Shown here: piece by piece, positions 9,270-18,101 of the stretch | Position numbering within the stretch: the stretch's first letter is position 1 | How the letters are laid out: every line of letters starts with the position of its first letter | DNA from: a virus | Taxonomy: Duplodnaviria > Caudoviricetes | Virus record (IMG/VR): IMGVR_UViG_3300028735_000004 | Coordinates: 160,001 to 224,000 of that record | DNA length: 64,000 nt | Reading direction: 5' to 3' (one strand) | Translations under genes and position numbers: made by a program | The notes under the pieces: model-generated | Database searches by the model: none | What the model was told of the DNA's origin: nothing | Seen by the model: only the letters and a program-made list of their open reading frames with translations

Positions 9270-10426
9270 ACTTCACCTTCTTCAAACCAAGATTTTTTAA
9301 TATTATTTAATATAGATAAAAATCGACTATTTACATCATTATATTGTTTTTCCAATTCTTCCGCTCTATCAAATCCAAAAAGTTCTTTAAATTTTAATTT
9401 ATTAAATCTTAATAATTCTACTTTGTTAGATAGTAAATTTTTAATTATTTCATTAGTATTAATGTAGCTGTTTAATTTTTTATTTAAATCATTTCTTATT
9501 TTAGAAATATAACTTAACGCATCTTTTTCGTTTGATGGTAATTTATTTTCTATATCTGCAAATTCCGTATCATATTTTGATAAATTAGAAATTTGCTTTT
9601 CTACATTAAATTTTACTTTTTTAATCTCATTCAAATAATCCTCTGGAGAAATGGTTTGCGTAGTTATTTGAAAATTTTCAATTATTTTTATAGATTCAAT
9701 ACAGGTTGATTGTAAATTATTAATTTGTGTAGATATCATTTCATAAGATGATGAATTAAGATATTTTTTATTTGATTCTATTTTATTATTATATAATTTA
9801 ATAAAAGCAAGAATATCACTAATATCGGCGGCGACGCCCTCTGCCGATTTAAATTTTTCAACAGCATTACTTAACTGATTAAAAATCTTATTTAAATTAT
9901 AAGTCCATCTATTTAAAATATCGGTTATATTTGGTCCAATAGATAATGTTTGCCCCTTAAACCTAAATCTTTCTATATTTAAAAATTCTCTATGTTCTCT
10001 GGCAGATTTAAGTAATGCTGAATGGGCCGTTTTAAAATCTTCAAATGATGCACTAATATCACCCCTTGCTTGTTGCAAAGCATCATTTATAGTATATGCA
10101 TTAGATGTTTTAAATGATGCAGTTTTATTTACCTTTTTTTTTGGATCTGTTGATACTACATCAACAATTTTTTCGTGTTGAGATAAAATAGTTTCAACAT
10201 CACCGTGATTATCTTTAGCATCAAATAATTTAACATCACCTTTTGGATGCGCCTCATTAATTAAATCTTCACCGGTTTCGTCGATAACATTATATAAAGA
10301 TGTTTCGGCTAATTTAAATGCAGCCAATTTTTGTTCAAGATTGTCAGCATATTTGTCAAAACCTGATTTTCTTAATTTTGAACATAAAACTAATAAATTT
10401 TGATATAACATATTATCTTTAGCCAT
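9266..10426 (-). CDS. Putative internal head protein (helical-hairpin plus EAHP modules, coiled-coil C-terminus)
   Basis: LCSKLRKSGFDKYAD; LINEAHPKG...GDVE...QH. Confidence 0.6.
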   Translation of the reverse strand: MAKDNMLYQNLLVLCSKLRKSGFDKYADNLEQKLAAFKLAETSLYNVIDETGEDLINEAHPKGDVKLFDAKDNHGDVETILSQHEKIVDVVSTDPKKKVNKTASFKTSNAYTINDALQQARGDISASFEDFKTAHSALLKSAREHREFLNIERFRFKGQTLSIGPNITDILNRWTYNLNKIFNQLSNAVEKFKSAEGVAADISDILAFIKLYNNKIESNKKYLNSSSYEMISTQINNLQSTCIESIKIIENFQITTQTISPEDYLNEIKKVKFNVEKQISNLSKYDTEFADIENKLPSNEKDALSYISKIRNDLNKKLNSYINTNEIIKNLLSNKVELLRFNKLKFKELFGFDRAEELEKQYNDVNSRFLSILNNIKKSWFEEGEV

Positions 10427-10484
10427 AATAACCTTTTAAATATAATTCAATATAATGCCAAATTAATAGCATCTGTAGATAAAA

Positions 10485-11177
10485 TTATCGCCAAAGAAAC
10501 TGTAATGATGACATTAATGCATTTGGAGGAGCTACAACAGTTGCTACTGCTGGATAATTTTCTGCAATTTGTCTCGTTGTTAATAGTCCTTCTTCACTGA
10601 CAAATAAGTTGGCATTTAAAGGATAATATTGATTGACTTCAAATTTAGTTGTTTCTCCAATAAATCTTCCATACCATACAGTCATACGACCAGATCCCAT
10701 AGTGCTATCATCACCAATGATATTAGGAACTTGATAAGTATATCTAACAGTGGTTCTTATTGCATTTGGTGTTCCGGTTCCAAGAGTGTCATAATTTAAT
10801 TGTGTGCCAGCTGGAATAATAATTACGCCATTTCTTGGAATTAAGCTAACTTTAATTGGATCGGAAACAAAACTATCTGGAACTATATTTGGATTTTCTA
10901 ATTCGGTTTTAATATCAACTGGAGTAATAATTGTGTTATTTGGGCCAGCAACTCCGGCCGCATTAACAATAATTACTTCATCCCAAGAATTAGCGTGAAT
11001 TGCTTTTGTTCTTATATCATCAATAATTCCTATAGGAGCGGTACCATTGCTAACAGTTGCTACAATTTGATTACCTAAAGATGTTAATTGAGCAACCATT
11101 CCTGGCTCAAATTCAGCTGCCGGATCTACTGGCCAATAATATGGTCTTGCGCTTAATGAATTAATTATTCTTAACAT
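10485..11177 (-). CDS. Putative head decoration/cement protein, paralogue of 3936..4601
   Basis: FEPGMV and GDDSTMGSGRMTVW...EGLLTT align with FLGGEV and GPHTAVGSGKITLW...GKLTA. Confidence 0.55.
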   Translation of the reverse strand: MLRIINSLSARPYYWPVDPAAEFEPGMVAQLTSLGNQIVATVSNGTAPIGIIDDIRTKAIHANSWDEVIIVNAAGVAGPNNTIITPVDIKTELENPNIVPDSFVSDPIKVSLIPRNGVIIIPAGTQLNYDTLGTGTPNAIRTTVRYTYQVPNIIGDDSTMGSGRMTVWYGRFIGETTKFEVNQYYPLNANLFVSEEGLLTTRQIAENYPAVATVVAPPNALMSSLQFLWR

Positions 11178-11203
11178 TTAAACCTCTTAATATAATATAT
11201 CAC

Positions 11204-11232
11204 AAAAAAATAAAGCCACATAAAGTGGCTTA
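11204..11232 (-). terminator. Rho-independent terminator
   Basis: Stem AAGCCAC-ATAAA-GTGGCTT followed by a T-tract on the minus strand, downstream of the 11256 stop. Confidence 0.7.
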
Positions 11233-11255
11233 TATTTCGTATATTAATTTTTTTA

Positions 11256-12083
11256 TTATTCTTCATCTTCCCAATCTTTAGTATCTTTTACAAGTTTTTT
11301 TAATAAATCATCAAACTCTTTATCTTGTGCCCAATTATCATCGGCATCATTATCATCAAAGAGATTATCATTATCCTCATCATCACCAAATGGATCATCG
11401 CCTTTGTAAAACATAGCTTTTTCCCATTGTTCTGGCAAATGTTTATCATCTGCACTTACATCTTCTTCAGATAATTGATCTACGCTTTTGTCAAAAATTT
11501 CTACATCTGTATCAAATTTACCATCACTGGCATCATTAGTGTCGTTAAAAACCCAACCTTTTTCTTTAAGGTTTTTTACCATTTTTTCGCTTGTTAATTT
11601 ATCTGTTTTAGATTTGTCTTTTTTGACTACTTTTTTAAGATCTTTTTTGGTTTTAGATTTATCTTCTTTTTTATCTTTTGCTTTTTTCTTTGCCTCAACT
11701 ATTAAAGTATCAGCTAATGTTATTGCGTATGCAGATAATTTATCGAAACCAGCAATATCTAATTCTTCAGAAGCTTTCAATAAAGAATTAAGAGCTACTG
11801 ATACCATATCCGCTTCGGCATTTAAGCCAGGATTACAATCACATCCTTTTTCGCAATCTCCTGGCTGACAAGAACAAGGACCCTCGCTCATTTTAGCAAA
11901 TTTACCATCACAACCTTTACAAACATCGGCTGCAGAGGAGGTTAATTCTTGTTCTACTTCAGATACATTTTCTTCCGATACTTTATTGAAAGCAAGTTTT
12001 TGCAACATTGCTGATTTGGAAAACATATCTTTATTTGCTTCAAAGGCATCTACCATTAAAGAAGCTATATCATATTTTTTCAT
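11256..12083 (-). CDS. Hypothetical head protein, possibly scaffold/internal (Cys cluster, basic patch, acidic tail)
   Basis: CKGC..CSC..C..GCDC, LLKASEELDIAGFDKLSA, a K-rich segment and a D/E-rich C-terminus. Directly downstream of the protease gene. Confidence 0.6.
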   Translation of the reverse strand: MKKYDIASLMVDAFEANKDMFSKSAMLQKLAFNKVSEENVSEVEQELTSSAADVCKGCDGKFAKMSEGPCSCQPGDCEKGCDCNPGLNAEADMVSVALNSLLKASEELDIAGFDKLSAYAITLADTLIVEAKKKAKDKKEDKSKTKKDLKKVVKKDKSKTDKLTSEKMVKNLKEKGWVFNDTNDASDGKFDTDVEIFDKSVDQLSEEDVSADDKHLPEQWEKAMFYKGDDPFGDDEDNDNLFDDNDADDNWAQDKEFDDLLKKLVKDTKDWEDEE

Positions 12084-12092
12084 TAAATCCTC

Positions 12093-15000
12093 TTAATATT
12101 TTTTGCTAGAGAAGGCTTTTTCGAGTTGTGAACGAAGGTCTTCTTTTTCTACTGCCGCTGCAAAAGGATCTTCTGAACCTAATTGACCGACTAATGGAAT
12201 TCCTGCTTTTTTGGTCATAGCAGCTTTTGCTGCTATTACTCTTTTGAAACTATCAAAAGCTTCGTCATTCCATTTCATAATATCATCAACTTGTGCAGAG
12301 ATAGCTGAACGATCATTTGCTAATAATCCTTTTGAAACCATATCATACGCTGTTTCATAAGCGCGAGCAATTTTAACACGGTATACTTTCATTTGCTCAT
12401 CAAGTTCGGCTTTAGCGTGTTCTTTAATTAATTCTGTCGCAAATTGAGAACTTTCTTTATCTGCTTCTGCAAAATATTGTTTCCAATATTTGACTGCATC
12501 TGCATCTACGCCGTGTGCAACTAATTCGTCAACACGAGCTGGATCAAGTTTTCCTTCTGATACAAGTTTTTGAATTCTCTCAGCATCTTTACGAACTTTC
12601 ACTGGTGCTTGAGCAACTTCAACTGATTTATCGTGTTGTTCTTTAAGATCTTCTACTTTGCCAAGTTCATCAGATGGTTTTACATCTAATTCGGTTTGTG
12701 TTCCGCCTTTTGGATGAGCTTCATCAAGAACCTGGCTCATTTCAACAGATTTTTGCGCTAATTTAGCACGAGCGGCTGCACGAGCTTCTTTAGAGTCTAA
12801 TGATGCTAATTTAGCTTTTTCCATTACCATTTTTGAAATGTCTGCATCTGGAACTTCTATTTCTAATTTAACATCATTCATATCTTTTTCGGCTACTTCA
12901 TCTTCTACCATATCGCAATCATCTGCTTCTTTTGTATCTTCAACATCTGCCATATCAGCCGCATCTGCCATTTGGGCTTGTTTGAGTAATAAAGCTTCTG
13001 TGCCACGAGCGTATTTAACAAATGCTTTTTTGAGATTACGAGCATCTGCTAATGCTGATTTGGCGTCAGAAATTGCATCTTGAACAACAAAATTAGCATA
13101 TTCTTCGTTAAGATCTAAGGTTTCGTCATCTAACATACTTGCAATTAATTCTAATTCTTTTGTATGTTCTGATAATTCATCAACTGATTTTGATAAACCG
13201 TCAATTAAGCCTTGATTTAAATCTTGGCGCATTTGATGTAATGAAGCTAATTCATCAGAAGCGGTTGCTCCTAAATTAGCCATATCACCCATTTCCGCTT
13301 GTTCTCCAACTAAGGATTTAACAGCTTCATCTAAATCAGATATATCTTCTTTTAATTTTGAAACTAAATCTAATACAGTTTCTTTTACATCACCTGATTT
13401 ATCAGTTGCTTCTGGTTCTTCCGCTGGAGCTTCCATTTGAGGCATTTCTGGCATTTCTGGAGCTGGCATTGCTGCTGCTTCATCACCTACTGATGGAGGA
13501 ACTGGAGCTGCTCCGCCGGCTTCTGCTGGAGCTGCGGGTTGCGCACCCATACCAGAAACTGCTTGTGATTTTTTGTAAAGACTTGCAGCTTTTGCTAAAC
13601 CAACTTCTTTTACTTTAGCTAAAATTTTGCTACCAAATTCTTTAGTTGCAATTGTATCATAGAGAACTTCTGTATTTCCACCAGAAATTTCTTTTACTGT
13701 TGCTGATAATGCTAATTTATCATCAACAAATACCTGCCAGGCGCTATTATCTTTATCTTCTGAACCATCTATATTAGCCGCTTTAACGAAGCGAGCTTTT
13801 AATGGTGTTGCGCGGCTTAACATTTGTTTACGTTTTAATTCATCTTTTTCATCAGCTGATTCTGGACTTGGGTGTAATCCATCTACATCACCAACTTCAG
13901 GAAATGGTTTTTGTCCAACCATTGTTTTATCTTCTTTGCGCGCTTTTTCGGCAAGAGGATCTTTTTCGTATTTTGGTTTACCTGGTGTTGGTTCATTGAC
14001 GCCACCGCCACCTTGGAAATATGCTTGTTTACCTTTCATTACGGTCTCCTTGGCTTTTTCTAAAGCAGCAGCGCGACGAAGTGATCTTTCTTCAGCTTCG
14101 GCACGAGCCAACATTTTTTTACGCTCTAAATCTGATACGCCAGCACTGCCAGGATGCATACCGTCAACTGGGCCTGTATCAAGGTTATTTTGACCTACCA
14201 TCTGTTTGTCTTCAAATCTTGCTTTTTCAGCAAGAGGGTCTTTTTCGTATTTAACTTGACCCGGAGTAGGTTCATTAACGCCGCCGCCACCTTGAAAGTA
14301 TGCTTTTTTATCCATTTTTTCCTTTGTATCAGACATAATTTCCTCTTTTATTTTATATGATAAAACTTTGATATGTTGTTCCATATTATTTAATTTACTT
14401 TCCACAACATCTTTTAAATCAGTAAGTGCTTTAGAAACATTAGAAGCAATTACTTTCTCTGGAAAATCTAAATTAAAACCTTCATTTGGTAAAATTGTTT
14501 CTGACATTTCTTTATCGCCAGTCATACCATATGGAGCTGTTGAAGATTCTTCGGATTCAAGAGAATTTTTAATTTCTGATATTTGATCTGCTATTTTTTG
14601 CACTTCTAATTCTAAATCTTCTAATTTAGAAACATTTTCGTCATTGTCAGCCAAACTAACAAATTCAGATTCTTTTCTTTCAATGTATTTGTTTAAGTTG
14701 TTAGCAGCTGCAAGAATTGTTCTAATTTTTGCTTTAGGATCCGCTCCATTAACAACAATAGATAATTCGATAGGATTTAAATCTACATTTATTTCGCCAT
14801 AACATGATTTAGTTCGCATATGATTACAGAAATCAGCTTCGGAGCGTGCTACCTGACCACAATCAGAACATATGGCTCTACCTACTGCGGTGCCCATAGA
14901 AACACAAGTTGCATAACCAGCCGCTACTTTTTTAGCCAAATCTGGATATGTAATTTTGTCTAAAGCACATAAAGCAACTACTCTTTTAAGAGATCTATCA

Positions 15001-15455
15001 TAGTAAGTATCTAAAATAACACCACGAATAGCATCTACTGAACTTGATTTATGATCAACACAAAGTGGTTTTCCAATCCATTTTTTATGAGCTTTTATTA
15101 ACTCTTCTTCTGGAAAGATATCACCATTAGAGTTCTTATATGGTTTTAAAGAAGGATCGTTTGATTCCCACTTCCAAGTACCACCTTCTTTATTCCAAGA
15201 TGCTTTTACAATTGTGCCATCTGATAATTTCTTAGGAGTTCCATCAGGATTAACTGTGGAAGCTTCAGCAGCGTGCATCATTACTGCCGAAAAATAAAGA
15301 AAATCATTAGCTTTGGGAGCAATTCTTTTAAGCTCACCAGCGAATTTTTGAAATTTTTCGGTAATTTCCTGATCTGACAACACAGATAATACAGATTCTT
15401 GTGTTTGTACATCTGCCGGGGTTAATTCTATTAGTTCGCCAAGTTTAATAAACAT
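12093..15455 (-). CDS. Prohead protease-scaffold fusion protein (1120 aa)
   Basis: N-terminal protease-type motifs NxNGDIFPEEEL, GKPLCVDH, SMG, CSDCG..CNHM, GEIN..IELSIV..ADP. These are followed by coiled coils, two tandem repeats, an Ala/Pro linker, acidic helices and an EAHP module. Located between portal and capsid genes. Confidence 0.75.
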   Translation of the reverse strand: MFIKLGELIELTPADVQTQESVLSVLSDQEITEKFQKFAGELKRIAPKANDFLYFSAVMMHAAEASTVNPDGTPKKLSDGTIVKASWNKEGGTWKWESNDPSLKPYKNSNGDIFPEEELIKAHKKWIGKPLCVDHKSSSVDAIRGVILDTYYDRSLKRVVALCALDKITYPDLAKKVAAGYATCVSMGTAVGRAICSDCGQVARSEADFCNHMRTKSCYGEINVDLNPIELSIVVNGADPKAKIRTILAAANNLNKYIERKESEFVSLADNDENVSKLEDLELEVQKIADQISEIKNSLESEESSTAPYGMTGDKEMSETILPNEGFNLDFPEKVIASNVSKALTDLKDVVESKLNNMEQHIKVLSYKIKEEIMSDTKEKMDKKAYFQGGGGVNEPTPGQVKYEKDPLAEKARFEDKQMVGQNNLDTGPVDGMHPGSAGVSDLERKKMLARAEAEERSLRRAAALEKAKETVMKGKQAYFQGGGGVNEPTPGKPKYEKDPLAEKARKEDKTMVGQKPFPEVGDVDGLHPSPESADEKDELKRKQMLSRATPLKARFVKAANIDGSEDKDNSAWQVFVDDKLALSATVKEISGGNTEVLYDTIATKEFGSKILAKVKEVGLAKAASLYKKSQAVSGMGAQPAAPAEAGGAAPVPPSVGDEAAAMPAPEMPEMPQMEAPAEEPEATDKSGDVKETVLDLVSKLKEDISDLDEAVKSLVGEQAEMGDMANLGATASDELASLHQMRQDLNQGLIDGLSKSVDELSEHTKELELIASMLDDETLDLNEEYANFVVQDAISDAKSALADARNLKKAFVKYARGTEALLLKQAQMADAADMADVEDTKEADDCDMVEDEVAEKDMNDVKLEIEVPDADISKMVMEKAKLASLDSKEARAAARAKLAQKSVEMSQVLDEAHPKGGTQTELDVKPSDELGKVEDLKEQHDKSVEVAQAPVKVRKDAERIQKLVSEGKLDPARVDELVAHGVDADAVKYWKQYFAEADKESSQFATELIKEHAKAELDEQMKVYRVKIARAYETAYDMVSKGLLANDRSAISAQVDDIMKWNDEAFDSFKRVIAAKAAMTKKAGIPLVGQLGSEDPFAAAVEKEDLRSQLEKAFSSKKY
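13809..14309 (-). repeat. Two tandem 70-74 aa repeats inside the protease-scaffold gene (14100..14309 and 13809..14030)
   Basis: K[KQ]AYFQGGGGVNEPTPG..KYEKDPLAEKAR.EDK.MVGQ......VDG.HP...RK.ML[AS]RA occurs twice. Confidence 0.9.
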
Positions 15456-15496
15456 TTTTTACCAATTATCTATTATTATGTTCTAATAGTAGTAAT

Positions 15497-15658
15497 TTAT
15501 TTAATATCTTTTTTATTTTTATTATTTTTTTTATCTTCTTGCAATTCATCAGAAATATTTTTTTTAACTTTATCTAAAGCTTTTTTAGTTGATTTTGTAT
15601 CAACATCTACGGGTTCAATAACTGTTATTGGTTGAAGATCGCCTCTTTTAATAAACAT
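15497..15658 (-). CDS. Unannotated 53-aa protein MFIKRGDLQPITVIEPVDVDTKSTKKALDKVKKNISDELQEDKKNNKNKKDIK
   Basis: ATG 15658 with AAGG SD, TAA at 15497, and a late-promoter-like motif just upstream. The N-terminus resembles that of the adjacent protease (MFIKLGEL). Confidence 0.65.
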   Translation of the reverse strand: MFIKRGDLQPITVIEPVDVDTKSTKKALDKVKKNISDELQEDKKNNKNKKDIK

Positions 15659-15670
15659 ATTTACCTTATC

Positions 15671-15689
15671 ATTATATCTAATTATTGAT
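15671..15689 (-). promoter_or_regulatory. Candidate late promoter ATCAATA-N5-ATATAAT
   Basis: Exact match to the recurrent spaced motif, 12 nt before the ATG. Confidence 0.5.
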
Positions 15690-16308
15690 TTTTATTTAAT
15701 ACTTTATTTTTATACTCTAATAATTGTTGCATTAATGGAGTTTTTTCCTTGATTTTTTCTTGCATCTCATTACCAACTGTATCTACCCAAGTTTTAGCAA
15801 GAATATTATCCTGAAAATATGGAGAAACTCGATTTTCAATTACTTCTTCTATTTGGGCACATTCTTTTTTAATTAATTCAATGCCTTTTAATACAGATGG
15901 AACAAATTCTTTGGAATCTAATTGTGAAAAAAGTTCAGCAAATCTATTTACTTGTTTTTCTAAATCATTAATAGATGAAACAAAAGATTTAACTATCTTT
16001 ACTAATTGAGTATCTGAAACAAATGATTGCATTAATGAGTATGAAATAAATGCTTGTTTTTTAAATAAATTAAATTTTTCTATAATTGTATCTCTATATT
16101 CTCTTAAAGAAACTCTTATTTTAAATATTTCTTCTGGAGTAATATCTGATTTATTTTTAAATGGATTATACATTAAATCTAATGTTTTTTCCGCAGTTTT
16201 TAAATCTTTTAGTAATTTCGAAAATGATTTTAAAATTTTTTCTGCCTGAAGTTTTTCACCTTCAGTAATCTCATAACTCATTTGCATTAAATATGATTTC
16301 TTTTTCAT
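15682..16308 (-). CDS. Hypothetical helical protein
   Basis: Likely start is ATG 16308 (ATGA overlap with the phosphatase stop) rather than 16314. Confidence 0.7.
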   Translation of the reverse strand: MKKKSYLMQMSYEITEGEKLQAEKILKSFSKLLKDLKTAEKTLDLMYNPFKNKSDITPEEIFKIRVSLREYRDTIIEKFNLFKKQAFISYSLMQSFVSDTQLVKIVKSFVSSINDLEKQVNRFAELFSQLDSKEFVPSVLKGIELIKKECAQIEEVIENRVSPYFQDNILAKTWVDTVGNEMQEKIKEKTPLMQQLLEYKNKVLNKNQ

Positions 16309-17063
16309 ACACACCCTGTACCAACCGATGATGGAGCTAAGCCATTAATACCTTGGTTTTGATCCCAAACTCCAATATTAGGAATTGTATTTTCACTTAT
16401 ATCTATATCCATATTTATTGCATCATCTAATTTATAATTTAATCTATTTTGATATTGATTTGAATAATAATTTTCAGTATTACCATCTGGCCATCTAATT
16501 ATTCTTGCATCTTCAAATGGTGCCCAAGATGGATTCATATTGGTTGGAATGAAATCCCCATACATACCTACTTCATCTTTTACATTGTTAACAATATCAT
16601 ACGCTTCATTTATATCTTCTGAATTACAAAATAATTTGATAAAATTTGTATATAATTTTATTATCTTAGGATCTACTCCTATACCAAAACCTAATTTTTT
16701 AGCTTCTTTAATTGCCTTATCATATGACCAATTTTGATATTTGCATCTATAAATAGCGGATAATAATCCTGTTCTATCTTTTCCGTGCAAACAATGAATG
16801 AAGGTTTTTTTACCCAAAAATAAATCATTTAAATTATATTTTAATAAATTTAATAAGGTAGATTTACGATGAGTACTAAGATCTATTATTATATGCTCTA
16901 ATCCTAAAAGTTTGCAAATTCTATCTATGGCTTTACCTATTTTGGCATCTAAACTTATTATTCTTTCTATCCCAAATTTTTCTTTGAGCAAACGCAAATC
17001 TTTTACAGAGGGTTTTCCGCCTCTATATAGATTTTTATCAATTTTTTTAAATCTACTAATCAT
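16305..17063 (-). CDS. Cys-based tyrosine/dual-specificity-family phosphatase with C-terminal extension
   Basis: HCLHGKDRTG matches the CX5R signature; the N-terminal LYRGG motif is typical of the family. Confidence 0.85.
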   Translation of the reverse strand: MISRFKKIDKNLYRGGKPSVKDLRLLKEKFGIERIISLDAKIGKAIDRICKLLGLEHIIIDLSTHRKSTLLNLLKYNLNDLFLGKKTFIHCLHGKDRTGLLSAIYRCKYQNWSYDKAIKEAKKLGFGIGVDPKIIKLYTNFIKLFCNSEDINEAYDIVNNVKDEVGMYGDFIPTNMNPSWAPFEDARIIRWPDGNTENYYSNQYQNRLNYKLDDAINMDIDISENTIPNIGVWDQNQGINGLAPSSVGTGCV

Positions 17064-17722
17064 AAAAATTTCACAACATTATTCAATACTTGTCTAATGT
17101 ATTGAGGATGCTGTTCTAATAAAATATTTTTTAATAATGTGATACTTTGTCCTAATGATGAAGATACTGGCATTTTTTTATTGGCTATCTCATATTCATT
17201 TAAATAGTAAATTTTTCTTTTTAAGTTGTTTAGAGATTTTTGTCTATTTTCTGGTGAAATTCTACTTGTAATAAATTTGATTAAATCTGCCAAATATTTC
17301 CCAGCATATTCTGGATTACCCATCTCAATGGCGGATGCGGTTTTTATTTTTAATATCTTCAAACATTCATCGAGAGCAATATCTTCAGGATGTTCTTCGT
17401 TATTTAAATAAGCCTTATCAAACTCTTCTTTATATTTTTCTTTAAATTTTTCTAAAGTATTAATATCGTGATTTTTAAATAATTCTCTAACTATCGAAGA
17501 ATAAGTAATTCCAGATGCTTTTTTATGCTTAAAATATTCTATTTGCTTTAATCTTTTGACAGCCTCATTTTTGGTGTCATAAGATCCGAGCTCTTTACCT
17601 TTTTCTGAAAAAATTTTCCACTTATTTTTTATTTTTTTAATCACAGAAACTTTAGTAAAACCACACACTTCATCATATGCCGATGTTAGAATATTTAAAT
17701 TATTTATTATATTTTTATCCAT
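17060..17722 (-). CDS. Hypothetical head-cluster protein
   Basis: Coupled ORF containing WKIFSEKGKELGSYDTKNEAVKRLKQIEYFKH. Confidence 0.7.
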   Translation of the reverse strand: MDKNIINNLNILTSAYDEVCGFTKVSVIKKIKNKWKIFSEKGKELGSYDTKNEAVKRLKQIEYFKHKKASGITYSSIVRELFKNHDINTLEKFKEKYKEEFDKAYLNNEEHPEDIALDECLKILKIKTASAIEMGNPEYAGKYLADLIKFITSRISPENRQKSLNNLKRKIYYLNEYEIANKKMPVSSSLGQSITLLKNILLEQHPQYIRQVLNNVVKFL

Positions 17723-18101
17723 TTAATTTTCTAATTTTGGCAGAGGTGATTGTATTCATAAATACATCTTTTAATTGACCCGTTCCATCTAACTCTGTAA
17801 TAGCCTTTATATTAAAACCATTAACAATTACCATATTATCTTGCATTTTAGTTTCACCATTATCATCAATAAATGCGCAATCTAATATAAGCATATCACC
17901 ATAAGCATCTATTACTTTACCGCATACAACATTATAAATATTTCTAGAGAAGTCAGCTAAAGTTAATTGTTCTGAAACATCTCCAAAATAAATTTCAACA
18001 TATTTATCTTTATATAATAATGAGATGGTTTCAGCAAATGTTTTATGCTTTGGTTCATTTTTTAACTTTTCGATAAGTTTAATAACATCTTTTTTTAACA
18101 T
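17715..18101 (-). CDS. Hypothetical protein (small beta-rich, possibly Sm-like)
   Basis: Coupled ORF; GKVIDAYGDMLIL..VIVNGFNIKAI. Confidence 0.6.
   Translation of the reverse strand: MLKKDVIKLIEKLKNEPKHKTFAETISLLYKDKYVEIYFGDVSEQLTLADFSRNIYNVVCGKVIDAYGDMLILDCAFIDDNGETKMQDNMVIVNGFNIKAITELDGTGQLKDVFMNTITSAKIRKLNG

Noticed and set aside
3936-15455. Higher-GC patches (3936..4601, 12093..15455, 36869..37144) as horizontally acquired islands
   Set aside because: They are better explained by Ala/Gly-rich proteins and highly expressed codon usage in core genes.
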